Shown here in pieces: positions 55,348-64,000 of a stretch of 64,000 bases of DNA. Origin of the DNA: Candidatus Falkowbacteria bacterium (GTDB lineage Bacteria > Patescibacteriota > Patescibacteriia > JAACEG01); the NCBI GenBank assembly GCA_018651725.1, contig JABIDK010000001.1, positions 748-64,747 on the forward strand. Direction: 5' to 3'. Within the stretch, counting starts at the first letter, position 1, and each line of letters opens with the position of its first letter. A program made the position numbers and the translations under genes. A model generated the notes under the pieces. The model saw only the letters and a list, made by a program, of their open reading frames with translations, did not search any database and was not told the DNA's origin.

Positions 55348-55905
55348 TTACACTCTTTCTACGTATTCTCCGGTTTCGGTGTTTATTCTGATTGTGTCGT
55401 CGGTGTTTACGAATAAGGGGGCGCTGATGAAGGCGCCTGTTTCTAGTTCGATTTGCTTGGTGGCACCGGAGGCTGTGTCGCCTTTTATGCCGGGAGGGGC
55501 TGAGGTTACTTTTAGTTCTATTTTAATCGGAAGTTTGATTGAAACCGGTTTGTTTTCAAAATTTAAAACATTGACTTCAGTTCCTTCTTTTAGAAAGTTT
55601 ATTTGAGAGCCGATTATTTTTTTTGATAAAGAAAACTGCTCAAAAGAAGTTTGGTCCATAAAGTGGTAGTCGTCTCCTTCGTTGTAAAGATAGTCGGCTT
55701 TGGTTCTTTCGATGTTGGCTTCTTCGGCTTTATCTGATCCCTTAAAGGTGTGCTCTAAAACGCTGCCGCTAAGTAAATTTTTTAACTTGGTTTTAAGCAC
55801 GGCTCCACCACGACCCATTTTTAAGTGTTGAGAAGTAACTACCGTATATGGTTCGTTGTTTATTTTTACAATTGAACCGAGTTTTATTTCGTTGAAGTTG
55901 AGCAT
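55348..55905 (-). CDS. efp: Elongation factor P
   Basis: KMGRGGAVLKTKLKNLLSGSV (conserved loop with the modified Lys), 185 aa. Confidence 0.9.
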   Translation of the reverse strand: MLNFNEIKLGSIVKINNEPYTVVTSQHLKMGRGGAVLKTKLKNLLSGSVLEHTFKGSDKAEEANIERTKADYLYNEGDDYHFMDQTSFEQFSLSKKIIGSQINFLKEGTEVNVLNFENKPVSIKLPIKIELKVTSAPPGIKGDTASGATKQIELETGAFISAPLFVNTDDTIRINTETGEYVERV

Positions 55906-55910
55906 AGAAA

Positions 55911-56135
55911 TTATCTGCTAACAAACGGAACTAGCGCCATAATTCTGGATCTTTTTATTGCAGAACCTAGTTGGCGTTGGTGTTTTGAGCAGACATGACT
56001 TTTTCTTTTTGGTCTGATTTTTGCGTAAGAAGACATAAATCTTCGAAGAGTTACGGCGTCTTTGTAGTCTATTTCTTCCACATTGTTAACACAAAAGTGA
56101 CAATATGGTTTAAAGGGGGTATTTTTTTTAGGCAT
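55911..56135 (-). CDS. rpsR: 30S ribosomal protein S18
   Basis: CHFC...IDYKDAVTLRRFMSSYAKIRPKRKSHVCSKHQRQLGSAIKRSRIMALVPF. Confidence 0.9.
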   Translation of the reverse strand: MPKKNTPFKPYCHFCVNNVEEIDYKDAVTLRRFMSSYAKIRPKRKSHVCSKHQRQLGSAIKRSRIMALVPFVSR

Positions 56136-56156
56136 AATAATATTTGTTTAATTTGT

Positions 56157-56663
56157 TTAAAAAGGTATTTCCTCCACGTTAATTTCGTCGTCAGATGATT
56201 TTTTTTCTGTTGAAGGGCTTGGCTCTTGTGAGTTGATATCTTCATCTACGTTTATAACCGGTTCGGCTGCGGGGGTTACTGGAGCGGCTGTTGCTTGCGG
56301 AGCGTTTTGTCCGAAAGTTTGTCCGCTTCTTGGGGTTCCGCCGTCTAGCATAATCATATTATCGGCGATGATTTCGGTGCGATATCTTTTTACTCCGTCT
56401 TGTCCGACCCAGTCTCTGGTTTGAATTCTTCCTTCCAGATAAATTCTTTTTCCTTTGGTTAGATATTGTCCGCAGATTTCAGCCAGCTTTCTCCAGGTTA
56501 CAACATTGTGGAACTCTGTTTTTTCTTGTTTTTGTCCACTTTGATCTGTCCAGCTAAAGCCGGTTGCTATACTAAAAGAGGTAACGGTTTGGCCGTTTGG
56601 AGTGGTTTTCATCTCCGGGTCACGAGTTAATCGACCGATTACCATTGCTTTGTTTAAATCCAT
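56157..56663 (-). CDS. ssb: Single-stranded DNA-binding protein
   Basis: OB-fold N-terminus MDLNKAMVIGRLTRDPE...TEFHNVVTWRKLAE and an acidic C-terminal tail DDEINVEEIPF. Confidence 0.9.
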   Translation of the reverse strand: MDLNKAMVIGRLTRDPEMKTTPNGQTVTSFSIATGFSWTDQSGQKQEKTEFHNVVTWRKLAEICGQYLTKGKRIYLEGRIQTRDWVGQDGVKRYRTEIIADNMIMLDGGTPRSGQTFGQNAPQATAAPVTPAAEPVINVDEDINSQEPSPSTEKKSSDDEINVEEIPF

Positions 56664-56694
56664 AGAGTTAGAAATTAAAAATTATTATATTTAA

Positions 56695-57282
56695 TTATAT
56701 TGCACTGTCTAAAAGCTCATCTAATTTTTTGTCTAATTCGTCGATGCTGGCTTTTTGGCCCAGGCCACTCTCTCTGGCTTCGCCATTCACCTTGTCTTTA
56801 GGTTCTTTTTTCTTGGTTTCTTCAGGTTTGTCGTCTGTTGTTTCAGCTTTCTCTGGTTTAGTTTCAACTTTTTCTTCTTTATCTTTCTTTGCTGTTTTTT
56901 CAGTTTTAGGTTTCTCTTCCTTCTTCTCTACTGTTTTTTCAATAACTTGTTTTTCAACTTTCACCTTGTCTTGATTGTCCGGTGAAAAAGGTTTAGATCT
57001 TTTTACTTCTTTTACGATTTGAAATCGAATAACATCGGTGTTGATGTTTAGTTTTTGAGTAATTTTCTCCGGTGTATCAGGTTCACCAGCAAAAATCACT
57101 AAGGTGTAATACCCGTAGCGAAAGTGTTTAATTTGGTAGGCTAATTTTTTCTTGCCCCAATCTTGAGTACTTTGGATGTCCCCACCATTTTCTTTAACAG
57201 TAGAAATAACCTTTTGGTTGATTTCCTTTACTTCATCGTCCGAATATTTGTTCGGAACAATGAAAAGCAGTTCATAGTTCAT
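56695..57282 (-). CDS. rpsF: 30S ribosomal protein S6 with a long K/E-rich C-terminal extension
   Basis: MNYELLFIVPNKYSDDEVKEINQKVISTVKENGG...YYTLVIFAG; the core is about 100 aa and the low-complexity tail about 90 aa. Confidence 0.9.
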   Translation of the reverse strand: MNYELLFIVPNKYSDDEVKEINQKVISTVKENGGDIQSTQDWGKKKLAYQIKHFRYGYYTLVIFAGEPDTPEKITQKLNINTDVIRFQIVKEVKRSKPFSPDNQDKVKVEKQVIEKTVEKKEEKPKTEKTAKKDKEEKVETKPEKAETTDDKPEETKKKEPKDKVNGEARESGLGQKASIDELDKKLDELLDSAI

Positions 57283-57412
57283 TTGTTTTTATTGCAAAAT
57301 CTACAACGTCAGATAGTAACAACCATTTGACATCGCAGAACTCTTTTGATAGAGTATGGACTTTACAATTAATTATTTGTATAATAAATTAAATTAATCT
57401 TTAAAAGATTCT

Positions 57413-58627
57413 ATGTTGTATTATTTTATTTTAGGGCAAAACAAAAATTTGTCAATAGTGGAGATATTAAATAGAGAGGAGATAAAAAGGCTTAAGTTAG
57501 ATAAAAAAGCTGTTTTTTTAGTTGAAAATGTTTTATTTTTGGAAACAGATTTGGAAATTGACGCTCAAAACTTAATAAATTGCTTGGGAGGAACAATAAA
57601 AATAGGTAAAATTGAGAGAAAGTACAAGGATTTTAGCGAAATAAAGACCGAAGATATTATTGAGCTTATTAAAGGCAAAGGCGGGAAAGTGCACTTTGGA
57701 TTTAGCGTGGTTGGGATTAAGAGTAAAAAGTTTATAAAAAATCTGGCAATTAATATAAAAAAAGATTTTAGAAGCGAAAAAATAAACTCTCGCTGGGTAG
57801 AAGCAAAGGAGTTGGAACTTTCATCGGTGGTGGTTGAAAAGAATAAGCTTTTGAAAAAAGGAGCAGAGATTTATTTTTTCAGGAGTGAAAACACTGTTTA
57901 TGTTGGTAAAACTTTGGCTGTTCAGGACTTTGAAGGTTACAGTAAAAGAGACTACGGTCGACCAGGAAGAGATGTTTTATCCGGCATGATTCCGCCGAAG
58001 TTGGCGCAGATAATGATTAATTTAACTGGAATTGTAAATTATAATACTTTTTTAGATCCATTTTGTGGGTCAGGGACATTTTTACAAGAAGCGATTTTAA
58101 TGGGACAGAAAAATATTATCGGCTCTGATATTAGTGAAAAAGCAATCAGCAACAGTACTGAGAATTTGGAGTGGCTAAAAAATAATTGGGGAATCAAGAG
58201 TTTGGATTACGAATTATTTTGTTTGGATGTAAAAAAATTATCCAAGAAAATTGAATTTGAATCTGTTGACGGAATTGCCACCGAGCCGTATCTTGGGCCA
58301 ACAAGCTTAATCATGGGGCGAACATCAAAAATTGAAAGTTTAGTACAAGAGCTGTCTGAGTCGTATCTGGATAGTTTTAAAGAGCTTAAAAAGGTGCTTA
58401 GGAAAAAGAAAAAACTTGTAATAATTTTTCCTGTTTTAAAGGGCAAAGATTTAATTCATCTTAATATTTTGCCGCAGATTAAAGCTTTAGGATTTAAAAT
58501 AGACCCATTTGTTCCAAACGAGTTTAGCAATTTAATCCAAACAACTCCACGCGGGTCAATCCTCTATTCTCGACCTACGCCAAACCAAAGAGTTGTTAGA
58601 GAGATATTTGTTTTTGAGAAAAAATAA
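57413..58627 (+). CDS. Putative RNA (guanine-N2 / adenine-N6) methyltransferase, UPF0020/THUMP-type class I MTase
   Basis: Motif I DPFCGSGTFLQEAILMGQ and a downstream motif resembling NPPY context. 404 aa. Confidence 0.6.
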   Translation: MLYYFILGQNKNLSIVEILNREEIKRLKLDKKAVFLVENVLFLETDLEIDAQNLINCLGGTIKIGKIERKYKDFSEIKTEDIIELIKGKGGKVHFGFSVVGIKSKKFIKNLAINIKKDFRSEKINSRWVEAKELELSSVVVEKNKLLKKGAEIYFFRSENTVYVGKTLAVQDFEGYSKRDYGRPGRDVLSGMIPPKLAQIMINLTGIVNYNTFLDPFCGSGTFLQEAILMGQKNIIGSDISEKAISNSTENLEWLKNNWGIKSLDYELFCLDVKKLSKKIEFESVDGIATEPYLGPTSLIMGRTSKIESLVQELSESYLDSFKELKKVLRKKKKLVIIFPVLKGKDLIHLNILPQIKALGFKIDPFVPNEFSNLIQTTPRGSILYSRPTPNQRVVREIFVFEKK

Positions 58628-59698
58628 TTAGTTCGCGAATAAAAAGTGGCAGACATCGCCGTCTTTTATGATATAGTCCTTGCCTTCGGTGCGGATTAGG
58701 CCTTTTTCTTTGGCGATTGTTTCGCTGGTGCATTCGATGAGCTGGTCTATGTTTATTACCTCGACGCGGATGAAGCCTTGTTCAAAGTCGGAGTGGATTA
58801 CGCCGGCGGCTTGGGGGCCGGTGGCTCCTTTTTTTACTGTCCAGGCTTGGTTGATATTTTTTGCAGCCGCGGAGTAAAAAGTTATAAGATCTAAAATTTG
58901 ATATGAAGCTAAAATCAGTTTATTTAAACCACTTTCTTTGATTCCAAGTTCTTGTCTGTATTCTTTTGCATCTTCTTCGCTTAGTTCAGCTAGGTCGGCT
59001 TCCATTTTTATATTCATTTCAATGGCGGCGTAGTCATCTTTGAATTTACTTACGGTCTCTGATTTTTCATCTATGTTTCGCAGATAGATCATTGGCTTTA
59101 AAGTAAGTAGATTTAAATCTTTAACTAAACTTTTTTCTTCGTCATCAAGATTGGCTTTAATCGCCAATTTTTCATTTTTTAGAAGACCCTCGATTTTTTC
59201 TAGGATAGAAATTATTTTTTCAGTTTGCTTGTCTGCTCCGGAACGTAATGTTTTTTTAAGGCGGTCTATTTTGTTTGAGACAATTTCAAGGTCAGCTAAA
59301 ATTAACTCCAGATTAATTGTTCTTAAATCATCTTCGGGATCAATTTTATTGTGGACATGAACAATATCGCTGTTCTCAAAGTCACGCACAACTTGGCAGA
59401 TTGCATCTACCTCTCTGATGTTGGCTAGAAATTTATTGCCCAAACCCTCGCCTTGGCTGGCGCCCTTAACAAGCCCGGCGATATCAACGAACTCTATAAT
59501 AGTGGGAACTTTTTCCGTGGCTTGAAGAACCTCGGCTAGCTTATCCAGCTTTTTATCCGGCACTTTAACGGTACCGACGTTGGGGTCGATAGTGCAAAAA
59601 GGATAATTTTCCGCGTCAACTCGCTTTTTGGTTAAGGTTTTGAATAAGGTGGATTTACCAACGTTGGGCAAGCCCACGATTCCGATTGAGAAAGACAT
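58628..59698 (-). CDS. ychF: Ribosome-binding ATPase YchF (Obg-family GTPase)
   Basis: G1 [14 protein letters not shown], a TGS-like C-terminus, 356 aa. Confidence 0.92.
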   Translation of the reverse strand: MSFSIGIVGLPNVGKSTLFKTLTKKRVDAENYPFCTIDPNVGTVKVPDKKLDKLAEVLQATEKVPTIIEFVDIAGLVKGASQGEGLGNKFLANIREVDAICQVVRDFENSDIVHVHNKIDPEDDLRTINLELILADLEIVSNKIDRLKKTLRSGADKQTEKIISILEKIEGLLKNEKLAIKANLDDEEKSLVKDLNLLTLKPMIYLRNIDEKSETVSKFKDDYAAIEMNIKMEADLAELSEEDAKEYRQELGIKESGLNKLILASYQILDLITFYSAAAKNINQAWTVKKGATGPQAAGVIHSDFEQGFIRVEVINIDQLIECTSETIAKEKGLIRTEGKDYIIKDGDVCHFLFAN

Positions 59699-59705
59699 AG
59701 GGTTA

Positions 59706-59735
59706 GTCTATAAAGTCTATAAAGTCTATAAAGTC
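59706..59735. repeat. Three tandem copies of a 9-mer
   Basis: gtctataaa gtctataaa gtctataaa. Confidence 0.6.
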
Positions 59736-59834
59736 ATTATTGAATATCCTAACACTCTGGAAAATTTTTGCAAATAAAAAACGGCGGACTTGTTAAAAGT
59801 CGCCGTTTGGGTTGGTGAGCTTGATTGCTCTTTG

Positions 59835-60650
59835 TTACATGTATTTTTGGAGTATTTCTCTTAAAGCGTCCGGGAGGTTGTCTTGTTCTATAAGTTCGTC
59901 AAGTGGTAACATTTCACCTCTCCAATGACAACGAACTTGGTTGAGCTCGCCCCTTTTAGACGCATTGGACAAAAGTTGATCTAATGTTTCAATGTCATCG
60001 GCAAAGACATCAGCCCCCCTTGAGCATAGACATGATTCGTTGATATTTGGTTTTTCAACTTTTTCCAATATTTCTCTTAGTTGGGGAGAGGGGTTAAATT
60101 CCTTGAGAAATTTTTTATACTCTTTGTTGTTTAAAGTAGCCATTTCTTCAAGAAAATCATAAGACAGTTTTGATAGTTCAGCTATTAATAAATATTCTTC
60201 TCTATCGTTAAGGGCTAGGCGAGCGGTTTGACAGGTAAGGCACATACAGTCCCTGTTTTCGATGGTTGGTTTGCCTGTAATCTTTACGCCTGATTTTTCT
60301 ATGGCACATGCAAGGGTGTTTACAGCTTCCGGGCCGTAGCGATCTGCAGGACAAATATTTTTTGCCAGAACGATTGCTTCGTTCTCTGAGCTAACACCAT
60401 GTTTTTTAGCCCAGGCGATAATAGCTTTGTTGCAGCCTGTGTTCGTGCCAAACGCCTCAAATAATTTAGAGCCTTCTTTCATTGTAAGCTCATTTATCAG
60501 CATAAATTCCTCGATAACAAAGTCCTCGGCCTTTTGGGTGTAGCTCCCGTTACTCTGTTGATGATCTTTGATATTATTCGCTGCAAAACATAGCAAATTA
60601 ATATCAGTGGGGTTGTCTTTTATGAAAGCAATAACTGCGTCAGGTGTCAT
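59835..60650 (-). CDS. Hypothetical protein (271 aa) with CxC / CxxC pairs
   Basis: CMCLTC ... CLCSRG; no family recognised. Confidence 0.5.
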   Translation of the reverse strand: MTPDAVIAFIKDNPTDINLLCFAANNIKDHQQSNGSYTQKAEDFVIEEFMLINELTMKEGSKLFEAFGTNTGCNKAIIAWAKKHGVSSENEAIVLAKNICPADRYGPEAVNTLACAIEKSGVKITGKPTIENRDCMCLTCQTARLALNDREEYLLIAELSKLSYDFLEEMATLNNKEYKKFLKEFNPSPQLREILEKVEKPNINESCLCSRGADVFADDIETLDQLLSNASKRGELNQVRCHWRGEMLPLDELIEQDNLPDALREILQKYM

Positions 60651-60859
60651 TTTTCCTCTCCTTGGTTTTAGTTTTTTGTTGAAAGAAACACTTAAAATTA
60701 GTTGTACCTCCTTGTGTTGGTGATATTTATGGTTTTGAAAGAGCGGGATAGTTTGATTGATTAAGTTACTTTATAGCAATAAATAGGCTAAATGTCAAGC
60801 CTAACCAAACAAAAAAAGCAGTTTTGGGCTGCCTTTTTTTGTTTTTATTTTTATTTTGT

Positions 60860-60893
60860 CCCGCCTGCAACGTTGTAGCACTGCGGGCAGGTG
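60860..60893. repeat. GC-rich 34-bp element, copy B
   Basis: cccgcctgcaacgttgtagcactgcgggcaggtg, followed by tgaaa. Compare 49596-49630. Confidence 0.65.
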
Positions 60894-60942
60894 TGAAATT
60901 TATCTTATTGTAAAGATAATATGTAATCTCTTGGTAGAGAAG

Positions 60943-61018
60943 TTTGTTATTAGACTTGTTACATAATTAACTATTACTGCAATCCTCACATAGTTAATTG
61001 TACAACAAGTCTAATATA
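60943..61018. repeat. Short form of the hairpin element seen at 165-340, with compensatory arm changes
   Basis: ttattagacttgttacataattaactattactgcaatcctcacatagttaattgtacaacaagtctaata. The arms still pair with each other, but they differ from copy 1 by paired substitutions (aagc/gctt becomes taac/gtta). Confidence 0.6.
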
Positions 61019-61041
61019 TTTATTTAATTGTAATGAACTTT

Positions 61042-61257
61042 TTATAGATAAGCGGCTGCTGAAACAGCTGCTCCGCCAACAATGGCTGAACAAACAGCGG
61101 CTACGGAAAAGGCAACGGTTTTAATACCTTGGTTTTCTATTCTAATAGATTCCATTTCAGTATCTAAAGCATTGTTTTCTCCGCCACAACTACCGCAGCT
61201 TTCTTCGTCGTCAAGATTAATTTTTTGATAACTATTCATAGTTACACCCCCTTTCAA
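61042..61257 (-). CDS. Small protein with a CGSCGG motif and an Ala/Gly-rich hydrophobic C-terminus (membrane peptide or bacteriocin-like)
   Basis: C-terminal GIKTVAFSVAAVCSAIVGGAAVSAAAYL. Confidence 0.4.
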   Translation of the reverse strand: MKGGVTMNSYQKINLDDEESCGSCGGENNALDTEMESIRIENQGIKTVAFSVAAVCSAIVGGAAVSAAAYL

Positions 61258-61315
61258 AATTAACTTATTATGCTATTATTATAGCATAATAAAACGGCTT
61301 TGTCAATGCCAAAAA

Positions 61316-61879
61316 ATGGCTTATTTTATGGAAAAACAAATCATACATAAAGGCGAGAAAATAGATTTTTGTTTTAAGAAGAGGAAGGGGACGAAAAATT
61401 TGAGGATAGCTGTTTATCGGAGTGGCGAGGTTGTGGTTAGTGTTCCTTGGTGGGCAAGCTTGAAAAGAGCAGAGAATTTTGTGGTGGAAAAAGCGGATTG
61501 GATATTAGGGAAAATAAAAAAGAGAAAGGGGAAAGCAGGATTGCTATTTAAAAGAGATAGACAAGAATATTTAAGGCTTAAAAAATCTGCTTTTGAGTTT
61601 ATTGAAGAGAGCTTGGAGAAGTATAATAAAATTTATAACTTAGAGTATAAAAGAATTTCTATTCGAGATCAAAGAACGCGCTGGGGAAGTTGTTCGTCCA
61701 AGAAGAATTTGAACTTTAACTACAAAATTATTTTATTGCCTAAAAGATATGCTGATTATATAATCGTTCACGAGTTGTGTCATTTACAAGAATTTAACCA
61801 CTCCAGAGATTTTTGGTCGTTGGTTAGTGTGGCTATCCCGGAGTATAAAAAAATAGTTAAGGAGCTGAGAGAAATTTAA
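61316..61879 (+). CDS. YgjP/DUF45-family zinc metallohydrolase (M48/SprT-like, HExxH)
   Basis: RWGSCS...YIIVHELCHLQEFNHSRDFW. Confidence 0.75.
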   Translation: MAYFMEKQIIHKGEKIDFCFKKRKGTKNLRIAVYRSGEVVVSVPWWASLKRAENFVVEKADWILGKIKKRKGKAGLLFKRDRQEYLRLKKSAFEFIEESLEKYNKIYNLEYKRISIRDQRTRWGSCSSKKNLNFNYKIILLPKRYADYIIVHELCHLQEFNHSRDFWSLVSVAIPEYKKIVKELREI

Positions 61880-61961
61880 AAGATTAATTTTGATTAGTTA
61901 TTTTTTGTGCTATAATATTGTTAGTTAAAAGTTGTTTGAATAATCTCTCGATCTTGTTTTT

Positions 61962-63215
61962 ATGTATAAAAAATTAAAAGCGTTATCTCTGAAAATAGAC
62001 AATAAAATTAAAGCGATTTTGTTAATGGAAAATAGTTTGATTCAGAAAGACAAGGAGGCTGAAGATGTTAAGGGAACTGATGTTGGAGAAGTTGAAATTA
62101 AAAAGCACTTGAAGCCGGGGAGGATAGTAGTTTCCAGATTAAATTTTAACGGAGCAAGGATTTTTTATTTAAGGTTAAAAGTTTCTTACTTTGGCTTTTT
62201 TTCTTTTGCAGTTGATATCGTTCTGTCGATCACCGAACAAATCATCGCCATCTTCGGCGATCCCGCCATCGCCTTCAACCTCCTCTATAACCAACACCAA
62301 GAAATTTCCTGCCCAATTCCATATTCCCAATTCAAAAAAGCTCAACACCACGCCAAAGTATTTTCTTATGCCGGTCTAGCCACCATGGTATTAATGTTGT
62401 CCTTCAGTACAATGATAACAAATTTCCTAATGGGCCCAACCGAAAAAATGATGGCCGCTAGTTATGGTCTAGTTCAAGAATCCTGGACAGAGTTAAGCTC
62501 TGCAATTGCCCAGCACTCTAACGGAGATGACTCAGGCTGGTTTAAGTATCTTGCCAAGACCGATATGGAGGCTGGAGAAAATTTAACTGTAGCAACAATA
62601 CCAGCTAATTGGAATGAAACTACCGACGCTGATTTTAATTCTTATACTAGCAAGAGTAGCAATTTATCGATAACCTCGAATAGTATTACTTTGTTGAAGC
62701 CAAATGGTGCAGCTTGTTCGGCTGATAGCCAGTGTGTGGACGGTTATGTGTGTTGTGCAGGAAACTGTGAAACAGAGACTACTCTATCATGGCCTGGATC
62801 AACTCACTCAAATTGTGATTGTTTGGATCGAGGAGGAAGTGTTTTTACTATTCCGAGTGGACAGGTTAATGCAGGAACAAAGATCTGTAAAATAACCGGA
62901 ACAAATTTGACCGGCGCTCCTTCGGGATGGGCAAAGGCAAGGAACTGGCAACAATACACCGGAACATACTACGAGGCGGACGCGTGTGGTAAAAACGGCA
63001 TACAGTCTTCGCCTACAAGCTTTAGCGATGCGCAAGGACTACGCTACTATAATAACGGAGGTTGTTCAAGTCAAAGATGGGCTTGCTCACACATGTATTT
63101 CAACCCACCTTATAATAAATGGGCAGGTGCGTCTAACTATGACCAAAAACATTCTTGTAACCGGGGGTCTGAGACTAATCCAAATTTATATAGGAGCGCC
63201 TTAGGGATATACTAA
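61962..63215 (+). CDS. Hypothetical protein with a Cys-rich C-terminal domain; GC-shifted; true start uncertain
   Basis: Hydrophobic segment, then a Ser/Thr/Asn-rich region and many Cys (CSADSQCVDGYVCCAGNCE...). GC content is distinctly higher from about 62200. Confidence 0.45.
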   Translation: MYKKLKALSLKIDNKIKAILLMENSLIQKDKEAEDVKGTDVGEVEIKKHLKPGRIVVSRLNFNGARIFYLRLKVSYFGFFSFAVDIVLSITEQIIAIFGDPAIAFNLLYNQHQEISCPIPYSQFKKAQHHAKVFSYAGLATMVLMLSFSTMITNFLMGPTEKMMAASYGLVQESWTELSSAIAQHSNGDDSGWFKYLAKTDMEAGENLTVATIPANWNETTDADFNSYTSKSSNLSITSNSITLLKPNGAACSADSQCVDGYVCCAGNCETETTLSWPGSTHSNCDCLDRGGSVFTIPSGQVNAGTKICKITGTNLTGAPSGWAKARNWQQYTGTYYEADACGKNGIQSSPTSFSDAQGLRYYNNGGCSSQRWACSHMYFNPPYNKWAGASNYDQKHSCNRGSETNPNLYRSALGIY

Positions 63216-63450
63216 GGTAGGTGTATTTTTTTAGAAATGAAAAAAGGAAAAAGGGGTCAGGTACTTTTTTATTAAAAATATGACATAGTTCAGGCATGCA
63301 ACCTCTCCAATTCTTTACGATGTATGTTTACTTGGTGATAAATTTAGTTGGAAAAATAAAAAGGGTTAAGAAGGATAATAAGAAAAGAAAAAAGGCTCGA
63401 AATTGTTTTTCGAGCCTTTGTGGTTTTTGGGGTAGAGAAATTATTTTTAT

Positions 63451-64000
63451 CTATCCTAAGTTTTGGACTGTTTCTGCTAGTGGAGTGAAGTCAACGCTTT
63501 CTTTGTCTATTTGACAAAGCTCGTCCGGGCTAAGGTACTTTACGTTTTTTTTCTTCGGAACCTCAATACCTTTTTCTTTTAGCAGCTGTCTAAGCTTCTC
63601 GTTTTCTTCTTGTGATTCTACATAGGCGTCAATAACTTTGAGAATTCTTTCTGTCTCGTCCCTTAGGGCAACGATGATATTATTATACTCTGAGAATTTA
63701 TGTCGAGCTTCTTCAAGCATTGGCAGAACATATTTTTTTGTCTCTTCGGACTGTTTTTTTATCCTGGGTATTGGAAACGGACCAATCATTGTTCCCAAAT
63801 TAGAGAGGCGATCGCAACCTTTGCCAATAATTGATTTTACATTTGTGGCTATTCTTGCATAATATTCTTTATTTGTTTCTCCTGGTCGTTTGGTTTGGTT
63901 ATCAACAATATTAGCCACTTCATCATTAAACTCTTGGCGTAGTTCTTCGTCGGTTGTTTTGTTATTTTCTTTTGTATCATGTAGAAGTATCCCAGCTAAG
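63451..64000 (-). CDS. HD-domain (p)ppGpp hydrolase (RelA/SpoT-type HD, small alarmone hydrolase-like); 5' end runs off the window
   Basis: The reading frame continues upstream of the annotated Met into ...LLHDTKE...ELRQEFNDEVANIVD, matching the RelA/SpoT HD hydrolase motif. Confidence 0.6.
   Translation of the reverse strand, partial: LAGILLHDTKENNKTTDEELRQEFNDEVANIVDNQTKRPGETNKEYYARIATNVKSIIGKGCDRLSNLGTMIGPFPIPRIKKQSEETKKYVLPMLEEARHKFSEYNNIIVALRDETERILKVIDAYVESQEENEKLRQLLKEKGIEVPKKKNVKYLSPDELCQIDKESVDFTPLAETVQNLG

Overview
This is about 64 kb of chromosome from a low-GC bacterium with small, tightly packed genes, most of them on the minus strand. The compact gene set and the many small Cys-rich proteins suggest a reduced-genome lineage such as CPR/Patescibacteria, but that is inference only.

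Housekeeping genes I am confident of: lgt, recA, ftsK, rpoC, rpoB, tsaC, cysK, a ZIP metal transporter, an ABC exporter, ppsA, rmuC, a LysM-M23 peptidase, cca, efp, the rpsF-ssb-rpsR operon and ychF. I found no rRNA, no CRISPR array and no canonical full-length tRNA.

The accessory content, in order of interest:
- About 46.2-50.3 kb holds ten perfect chromosomal-type parS palindromes (TGTTTCACGTGAAACA) within roughly 4 kb, next to a DnaA-box cluster and surrounding cca and a tyrosine recombinase. This looks like a partition-site and origin region. One parS copy and two GC-rich palindromic elements sit in frame inside coding sequence.
- About 22.2-24.85 kb is a GC-shifted islet with a duplicated upstream element of about 60 bp, two minus-strand modules, and a receiver-like domain fused to a DnaJ-type CxxCxGxG zinc finger.
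- Two perfect 40-bp inverted copies bracket a PaaX/Cas2-fold gene at 18.98-19.65 kb.
- A hairpin element is present in a long form (165-340) and a short form (60943-61018), with compensatory base changes between them.
- Two TrmB-family regulator paralogs share a TTGACAAAAT motif in their promoters; one is next to a GC-shifted three-gene operon (31.7-33.6 kb) that has a consensus sigma70 promoter and a clean terminator.
- An AbiEi/AbiEii toxin-antitoxin pair sits at 53.3-54.6 kb.
- A tRNA-like T-arm sits inside a roughly 350-nt gene-free interval that ends in a minus-strand terminator (51.9-52.26 kb).

All calls come from reading the ORF translations and the sequence by eye; I ran no searches.
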